Source: a virus (Duplodnaviria; Caudoviricetes). From it: a stretch of 32,176 bases of DNA. The stretch covers positions 1 through 32,176 of IMG/VR virus record IMGVR_UViG_3300032305_000824; one strand, given 5' to 3'. Shown here in pieces: positions 28,034 to 32,176 of this stretch. The position numbers and the translations under genes are program-made. Numbering within the stretch: the stretch's first letter is position 1; the number at the start of each line of letters is the position of its first letter. Below the pieces are notes generated by a model, which was not told where the DNA came from, ran no database searches, and saw only the letters and a program-made list of their open reading frames with translations.

Positions 28034-29569
28034 TTAATCAGTTGCTGCTTTGGCAGGGACTTGTGAAGAATCTACTTCAATTAATGCAAATTTAAAAGAT
28101 TTTCCTGATTTATTATTAACAAGGAATAAATCTTCTTCACCTTCAACTATTGTATAATCTCCAACTCCATTATTTAAATGTAAATCTCCTGTATATAAAT
28201 TTCTCCATCTTAAAGATGTTGTTCCAAGATCATAGGTACTTGTAACTGACGGATTTACATGTCCAGCAAATGTTGCAGTTCCAACAGAACTTATAGAAAA
28301 TCTTCTTGTAAAACTACTTCCAGACCAATGACCAACTCCAAAATTAGTTCCAGTCTCAATACCAATTGTTCCATAGCTAGTTCCATCAGATACATCACTA
28401 CTTGTTACATATATTGCTGGACGAGCTGATGCATCTTTTAAATTCAAAAGACCTGTATCACTTTTTTCATCTACAAAGTCCCATAAAGAATTTCCAATTG
28501 TTACTCTTGTATCATCATTGGTTCTAGTGTATGTTGTAGCACCACTTACATATCCAGTTGTTCCAGTTCCACCAGCAATAATCATTCTTGCATCGCCGTT
28601 ATCTGGTCTACCTGTTAGAAAAGCTATGTTACCTGCGTGTTGTGAATCATCTGTTCCATATAGATGGATTCCAGAACCTAGTGATCCAGTTGAATAAGCA
28701 TCTCCAGCAGCATATATTTGAAGCTCTTGACGGTTATCAGTAGAACTAACTGCAATCTTGGCATTCATTGAGGCTATTCCTCTAGTGTTATTTGCTGCAT
28801 CTCTTGATGACTCAAGTCTTAGTGGTCCAAGAACTTTTAATCCAAGGGAAGATCCATTAACAATATTACCTCCAGTAAGAATTTGACCTCCCTCTGCTTG
28901 AAGACTTAAAGTTGAATTTGCACCATTATCAACAGCTAATATTTCATTATTATCTATTCTAATATTTGTTGACCCTGTGCTACCAATTTGTAATCCGTGG
29001 TCAGTTGAGGAAAGGCTTGCATCTGTTGTAGAAGTTATTCTTAGTGTTGATGCTGTTCCAGAAAAGGCTACGTTATTTAATTGTGTTTGAATATTACTTG
29101 TAACTCCATCAAGATATCCTATCTCAGTATTTGAGACGTTTGCAACTATTGTTTGATATGTAGAACTTGCTGTAGAAATATCTAATTTATTTCCAAGTGC
29201 TGTTGTTATTGTAGTTGCATAATTAGGATCGTCTCCAATGGCTGCTGCAAGTTCGTTTAAAGTATTTAAATTTGCTGGAGCACTATCAATAACTGATAAG
29301 ACTGCATTATCAGCATAAGTCTTTGTTGCATAATTTGTTGAAGCAGAAGCCTGGGTAAGGTAAGTTGTCGAGGCAGTAGAACTAGTTAAATATGCTGATA
29401 ACTCTGAACTATCTAAAAAATAATCTAAGGCAGACCATACACTTGATCCATTACCAATTTTAAATTTTCCAGTATTTGTTTCAAATCCAATTTCCCCTGA
29501 ACTAAGGGTAGGATTAGTGCTAGTCCAATTTGATGAAGTATCTCTTCTTACTTGAATTTTAGTTGCCAT
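28034..29569 (-). CDS. Tail fibre / receptor-binding protein with Mtd_N/HylP-like N-terminal domain
   Basis: IQVRRDT..NW...NP.L..GEIGFET.T.KFKIGNG...W..L.Y N-terminus; SAPANLNTLNELAAA; C-terminal YDLG....RWRNLYTGDLHL.N...YTIVEGEEDLFL.NNKSGK. Confidence 0.8.
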   Translation of the reverse strand: MATKIQVRRDTSSNWTSTNPTLSSGEIGFETNTGKFKIGNGSSVWSALDYFLDSSELSAYLTSSTASTTYLTQASASTNYATKTYADNAVLSVIDSAPANLNTLNELAAAIGDDPNYATTITTALGNKLDISTASSTYQTIVANVSNTEIGYLDGVTSNIQTQLNNVAFSGTASTLRITSTTDASLSSTDHGLQIGSTGSTNIRIDNNEILAVDNGANSTLSLQAEGGQILTGGNIVNGSSLGLKVLGPLRLESSRDAANNTRGIASMNAKIAVSSTDNRQELQIYAAGDAYSTGSLGSGIHLYGTDDSQHAGNIAFLTGRPDNGDARMIIAGGTGTTGYVSGATTYTRTNDDTRVTIGNSLWDFVDEKSDTGLLNLKDASARPAIYVTSSDVSDGTSYGTIGIETGTNFGVGHWSGSSFTRRFSISSVGTATFAGHVNPSVTSTYDLGTTSLRWRNLYTGDLHLNNGVGDYTIVEGEEDLFLVNNKSGKSFKFALIEVDSSQVPAKAATD

Positions 29570-29834
29570 AATAATCTAATTATATCATTTAAATCATTAT
29601 ATATAATTAAAAAATTCGCAAAATCGGCTCGCAAAAAATCGGCAAAATAGTACATATATCCAACACCTTATAACTCCGTTATATATGTAATATTTGCGGG
29701 ATAAAGAAGTATTAAGAAATATGCAGAATATTCCCCTATATGAAGATATATATGGTCAGATATGAATTGATGCTAAAGCATAAGACCAGAAATGAAAATA
29801 TTTATCCCCTGAAAAATTACACAAAATAAGTCTT

Positions 29835-29954
29835 TTATAAGAAATATTCCAGAAGTGACCATTCTACAGCTATTGTTATTAATATCAAGAGTAAGTATTG
29901 TTTATATTCTTTATTACTCATATGAGTCTCTGTAAGTTTTTTTAATAATTTCAT
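29835..29954 (-). CDS. Putative 39-aa membrane microprotein
   Basis: Hand translation MKLLKKLTETHMSNKEYKQYLLLILITIAVEWSLLEYFL; G-rich SD-like sequence and a consensus promoter upstream. Confidence 0.45.
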   Translation of the reverse strand: MKLLKKLTETHMSNKEYKQYLLLILITIAVEWSLLEYFL

Positions 29955-30009
29955 TCCCCTGCCCCCAACTTTTCTATAATTTTAGTTTTTTAAGATTCGC
30001 TACACTCAT

Positions 30010-30038
30010 AGTGTAATACCGTTTTTAATACTTGTCAA
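30010..30038 (-). promoter_or_regulatory. Sigma70/SigA-type promoter
   Basis: Minus strand TTGACA-17nt-TACACT; the -10 is one arm of the palindrome TACAC-TCATA-GTGTA (30001-30015). Confidence 0.7.
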
Positions 30039-30074
30039 ATTGAGCTGCCAGAAACATTGACATATTAAATTATT

Positions 30075-30092
30075 TGTTACCTAATTGTAACA
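30075..30092. promoter_or_regulatory. Operator-like site TGTTAC-N6-GTAACA (also fits the GlnR/MtrA-type GTnAC-N6-GTnAC)
   Basis: Perfect 6-bp inverted repeat, directly followed by ATCTCA-N5-TGAGAT (30097-30113). Confidence 0.45.
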
Positions 30093-30292
30093 TAGCATCT
30101 CACATAATGAGATATATATTCACATCCCCGATTTTTCTGAAAATTTTTATATTTGCAGCTATATCCCAATTTGAAGAAAATCTGAATATTTTGTTAAAGT
30201 GTATGATACATAAATTTAAAAATAGACTCACCATTTATTAGTGAGCCCATCTCTAATTATTTTAGTTTTGAAGTGTAATAAAATTCTAGTTT

Positions 30293-30433
30293 TTAAAATT
30301 CATCTTCAAAGTAGTCTTCTATTTCTTGGTCACTCTCGCAAATGATGCAATAGTTAATTTCCCAAGCCGTCAATTTATCATTGCACTTTAGGCACTTAAC
30401 TTTAGTAATGTTTTCTAATGCTAATTCAGTCAT
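30293..30433 (-). CDS. 46-aa CxxC/CxxC Zn-finger microprotein
   Basis: Hand translation MTELALENITKVKCLKCNDKLTAWEINYCIICESDQEIEDYFEDEF; paralog of 30883..31008. Confidence 0.8.
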   Translation of the reverse strand: MTELALENITKVKCLKCNDKLTAWEINYCIICESDQEIEDYFEDEF

Positions 30434-30436
30434 TGT

Positions 30437-30625
30437 TTAACCCTCAATCATTTCACAAATACCTGCACCTATTGCAGATACTAAACCGATAACGGCGGTT
30501 ACTATCATAACCGTTGGACTCATACCGTCTAATCCAATAACTAGTAGTTGTAGTTCTAGTAGTAGTGCAGGTAGTGAGAAGATACCAGTGAATACTAGTA
30601 CGTCTCTTAGGTGGAATAAAAACAT
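30437..30625 (-). CDS. 62-aa two-TM membrane protein
   Basis: Two hydrophobic helices; purine-rich SD-like AGAAAGAG; directly downstream of RNA element copy 1. Confidence 0.7.
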   Translation of the reverse strand: MFLFHLRDVLVFTGIFSLPALLLELQLLVIGLDGMSPTVMIVTAVIGLVSAIGAGICEMIEG

Positions 30626-30645
30626 TTTTTTCTCTTTCTGTTAGT

Positions 30646-30707
30646 GTTGAGATTTATTTGCTAGGCTCATTCGGTTTCCCGACTTATTTGCTAGGCTCAC
30701 TCTCAAC
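30646..30707 (-). ncRNA. Putative structured leader RNA, symmetric element copy 1
   Basis: Transcript: GUUGAGA-GUGAGCCUAGCAAAUAAG-UCGG GAAA CCGA-AUGAGCCUAGCAAAUAAA-UCUCAAC (7-bp outer stem, GNRA hairpin, duplicated 16-mer core). Confidence 0.65.
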
Positions 30708-30722
30708 CTTTCTTATAGTTCT

Positions 30723-30744
30723 AACTTAGCACACATCACCGACA
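30723..30744 (-). promoter_or_regulatory. Phage early-type promoter TGTCRG-N7-TGnTAnnnT
   Basis: TGTCGG TGATGTG TGC TAAGTT; one of five equally spaced copies. Confidence 0.7.
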
Positions 30745-30781
30745 ATTTCTACCTGAATCTCACTATTTGAGACAATTTTAA

Positions 30782-30797
30782 TGTGATGTGCGTCACA
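30782..30797. promoter_or_regulatory. CRP/GlxR-type binding site
   Basis: TGTGA-TGTGCG-TCACA, a perfect TGTGA-N6-TCACA with flanks AA...T. Confidence 0.75.
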
Positions 30798-30801
30798 TAG
30801 T

Positions 30802-30821
30802 TTGTACACAGGTTATCCACA
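30802..30821 (+). promoter_or_regulatory. Tandem DnaA-box pair
   Basis: TTGTACACA-GG-TTATCCACA; the second box is perfect consensus. Confidence 0.7.
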
Positions 30822-30882
30822 GCTGCCCGCGCCCACGCACTCGGGCGTGTCGTTATGGGTGGTCTAAAATGCCCCTGAACTT

Positions 30883-31008
30883 TTATTCGTATTCAGAATA
30901 ATTTTCAGGCTCACAAATAATGCAGTAGGTATTTTCCCACGATGTTAATTTGTCACCACACTCAATACATTTTGTATTGGTAATGTTTTCAATTAGTAAT
31001 TCATTCAT
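30883..31008 (-). CDS. 41-aa CxxC/CxxC Zn-finger microprotein
   Basis: Hand translation MNELLIENITNTKCIECGDKLTSWENTYCIICEPENYSEYE; GAAAGGA SD. Confidence 0.8.
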   Translation of the reverse strand: MNELLIENITNTKCIECGDKLTSWENTYCIICEPENYSEYE

Positions 31009-31028
31009 AATGAATCCTTTCGTTTTTT

Positions 31029-31094
31029 GTTGATACTTATTTGCTAGGCTCATTTAGATTTTTATCTAACTTATTTGCTAGGCTCATTATCAAC
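31029..31094 (-). ncRNA. Putative structured leader RNA, symmetric element copy 2
   Basis: Transcript: GUUGAUA-AUGAGCCUAGCAAAUAAG-UUAGAU AAAA AUCUAA-AUGAGCCUAGCAAAUAAG-UAUCAAC; stems differ from copy 1 but remain paired. Confidence 0.65.
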
Positions 31095-31109
31095 TATTTA
31101 ATTATTTAG

Positions 31110-31131
31110 ATACTATCAGATTGCTCTGACA
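31110..31131 (-). promoter_or_regulatory. Phage early-type promoter TGTCRG-N7-TGnTAnnnT
   Basis: TGTCAG AGCAATC TGA TAGTAT. Confidence 0.7.
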
Positions 31132-31135
31132 GTTT

Positions 31136-31267
31136 TTACTTGAACAATTTTTTGAATTGTCCAACACCGTTAAAATGTTCTGAACAAGTGTTAACCCATT
31201 CATCACCTAGACGCTTTTCGCCTATGGCTACTGCTTTGCAGTATTCGCATTTAGTGAAGTTTTCCAT
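31136..31267 (-). CDS. 43-aa CxxC/CxxH Zn-binding microprotein
   Basis: Hand translation MENFTKCEYCKAVAIGEKRLGDEWVNTCSEHFNGVGQFKKLFK; GAAAGGAAG SD. Confidence 0.75.
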   Translation of the reverse strand: MENFTKCEYCKAVAIGEKRLGDEWVNTCSEHFNGVGQFKKLFK

Positions 31268-31302
31268 TTGAATCACTTCCTTTCTTTATCTTTATAGTAT
31301 TT

Positions 31303-31324
31303 ACTCTAGCATAGGGGTCTGACA
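31303..31324 (-). promoter_or_regulatory. Phage early-type promoter TGTCRG-N7-TGnTAnnnT
   Basis: TGTCAG ACCCCTA TGC TAGAGT. Confidence 0.75.
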
Positions 31325-31362
31325 TTTTTACCCCTTTTTCGGGCGTGTCGTAAAACTATTTT

Positions 31363-31378
31363 TGTGATGTACATCATA
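31363..31378. promoter_or_regulatory. CRP/GlxR-type binding site (one mismatch)
   Basis: TGTGA-TGTACA-TCATA. Confidence 0.6.
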
Positions 31379-31392
31379 GAACATCTGTTCGA
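31377..31392. promoter_or_regulatory. LexA (SOS) box, Gram-positive/actinobacterial type
   Basis: TAGAAC-ATCT-GTTCGA versus consensus TCGAAC-N4-GTTCGA (one mismatch). Confidence 0.65.
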
Positions 31393-31405
31393 ATGCCCGC
31401 GCCCC

Positions 31406-31425
31406 TGTGGATAACCTGTGTATAA
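31406..31425 (-). promoter_or_regulatory. Tandem DnaA-box pair
   Basis: Minus strand TTATACACA-GG-TTATCCACA; an additional near-box TGTGGATTA lies at 31451-31459. Confidence 0.72.
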
Positions 31426-31460
31426 GATGGGTATAAAATGCCCCTGAACCTGTGGATTAT

Positions 31461-31482
31461 TGTTCACCTAATGTTCACCTAA
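31461..31482 (+). promoter_or_regulatory. PHO-box-like 11-bp direct repeat
   Basis: TGTTCACCTAA x2, perfect; the GTTCACC core with an 11-nt period matches Streptomyces PhoP repeat units. Confidence 0.6.
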
Positions 31483-31506
31483 ACACACCCCCTAAATGGC
31501 AGAAAT

Positions 31507-31528
31507 TGTCAGACCCCTGTGGTATGGT
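31507..31528 (+). promoter_or_regulatory. Phage early-type promoter TGTCRG-N7-TGnTAnnnT
   Basis: TGTCAG ACCCCTG TGG TATGGT. Confidence 0.75.
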
Positions 31529-31559
31529 TATACCATAAGACAAAAAGAAAGGACTCAAA

Positions 31560-31748
31560 ATGAGTTACTTAGAAATGATAAGCCTAGATGAAACAGGCGT
31601 GACCGTTAGCCCTATTGACCAAATCTCAATAGGTGATGAAATAGAAATCTTGTTTGCATTACCTCAAGCGACTCTTGCTTGTGTTGTATGTTTAGCACCC
31701 GTTCAATCTGGCTTGGGACATTCATTCTGCCCACGCCACAAAAAATAG
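31560..31748 (+). CDS. 62-aa protein with C-terminal CxxC/CxxH Zn-binding motif
   Basis: CVVC...FCPRH; GAAAGGA SD. Confidence 0.75.
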   Translation: MSYLEMISLDETGVTVSPIDQISIGDEIEILFALPQATLACVVCLAPVQSGLGHSFCPRHKK

Positions 31749-31762
31749 AAAGGTAAACCAAA

Positions 31763-31921
31763 ATGGCTTACACTAAAATGAAAAATGCGTATCTACTAGT
31801 AGATGCTGTAAAGCAATTAGACGATGCAAAAAAAACTGCATTAGAATTTCCTGCACACCAAAGAATGGTGGACTATTGGGAAAACAAAATTCAAGAATTA
31901 ACTAGGCGTGTCTACAGGTAA
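31763..31921 (+). CDS. 52-aa hypothetical helical protein
   Basis: Hand translation MAYTKMKNAYLLVDAVKQLDDAKKTALEFPAHQRMVDYWENKIQELTRRVYR; GAAAGGT SD. Confidence 0.75.
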   Translation: MAYTKMKNAYLLVDAVKQLDDAKKTALEFPAHQRMVDYWENKIQELTRRVYR

Positions 31922-31924
31922 AAC

Positions 31925-31946
31925 TGTCAGACCCCTATGGTAAGAT
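31925..31946 (+). promoter_or_regulatory. Phage early-type promoter TGTCRG-N7-TGnTAnnnT
   Basis: TGTCAG ACCCCTA TGG TAAGAT. Confidence 0.75.
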
Positions 31947-31977
31947 AAATCTAACAAACAAACGAAAGGTTGCCAAA

Positions 31978-32176
31978 ATGACAACACTAAACACAAAAGA
32001 CTTTCTAGAGTCTTACAATGCCCTAAACAATGCTAAGTTTTCGACACACGATAACCGCCTAGCCTATGTTGCACTTTCCACAATGCTTGAACTTTGCATA
32101 AATTGGAAATACGGAATTAACCAAACCCAAAAAACGCTAGACGAAAAATCTAACGAATGGAAAACCGAATTAGAAA
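31978..32176 (+). CDS. Hypothetical protein, 3'-truncated by the window edge
   Basis: MTTLNTKDFLESYNALNNAKFSTHDNRLAYVALSTMLELCINWKYGINQ... open to the window end; GAAAGGT SD. Confidence 0.7.
   Translation, partial: MTTLNTKDFLESYNALNNAKFSTHDNRLAYVALSTMLELCINWKYGINQTQKTLDEKSNEWKTELE

Noticed and set aside
28034-29569. Diversity-generating retroelement suggested by the Mtd-like N-terminus
   Set aside because: No reverse transcriptase and no template/variable repeat pair with adenine-specific differences was seen in the window; this N-terminal domain is common in ordinary fibres.
29680-29840. Possible plus-strand gene remnant (CNICG...; MKIYMVRYELMLKHK...)
   Set aside because: It is interrupted by stops, lacks an SD, and cannot be distinguished from random AT-rich sequence.
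30654-31086. Four identical 16-mers read as a CRISPR mini-array or TIGR-like guide array
   Set aside because: The repeats are too short, the intervening 14-18-nt segments are self-complementary hairpins rather than spacers, no box C/D motifs are present, and no cas or Nop-domain gene is in the window.
1-32176. tRNA/rRNA genes, integrase, transposase, introns/inteins, stop-codon reassignment
   Set aside because: None recognised by eye; nrdJ and the portal appear uninterrupted, and genes tile densely under the standard code. A tRNAscan/Infernal run would be needed for certainty.

Overview
AT-rich dsDNA tailed-phage (Caudoviricetes) genome segment, most likely from a virus of low-GC, probably freshwater Actinobacteria (inferred from gene families, leaderless promoters and actinobacterial-type regulator boxes). 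Positions 1-29569 are an almost entirely minus-strand morphogenesis block. It holds a prohead protease, a portal, a 1216-aa LamG-like virion protein, a class II (B12) ribonucleotide reductase, a glycosyltransferase and a holin-like gene. It also holds about 19 kb of fibre/adhesin genes, built from a cassette repeated five times (adaptor with a short C-terminal tag -> 109-120-aa connector -> polyglycine domain protein) plus one probably fused variant. Positions 29570-32176 look like an early/terminal region of tiny, often Zn-finger ORFs. Three things stand out there: (i) two dense, order-shuffled mosaics of host regulator boxes (CRP/GlxR, DnaA, LexA, PhoP, WhiA-like) mixed with unassigned conserved motifs; (ii) a two-fold symmetric, covarying structured RNA element (2 x RUGAGCCUAGCAAAUAAR) at the 5' end of two predicted transcripts; (iii) five copies of a non-canonical promoter, TGTCRG-N7-TGnTAnnnT. 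All calls were made by eye; no database searches were run.
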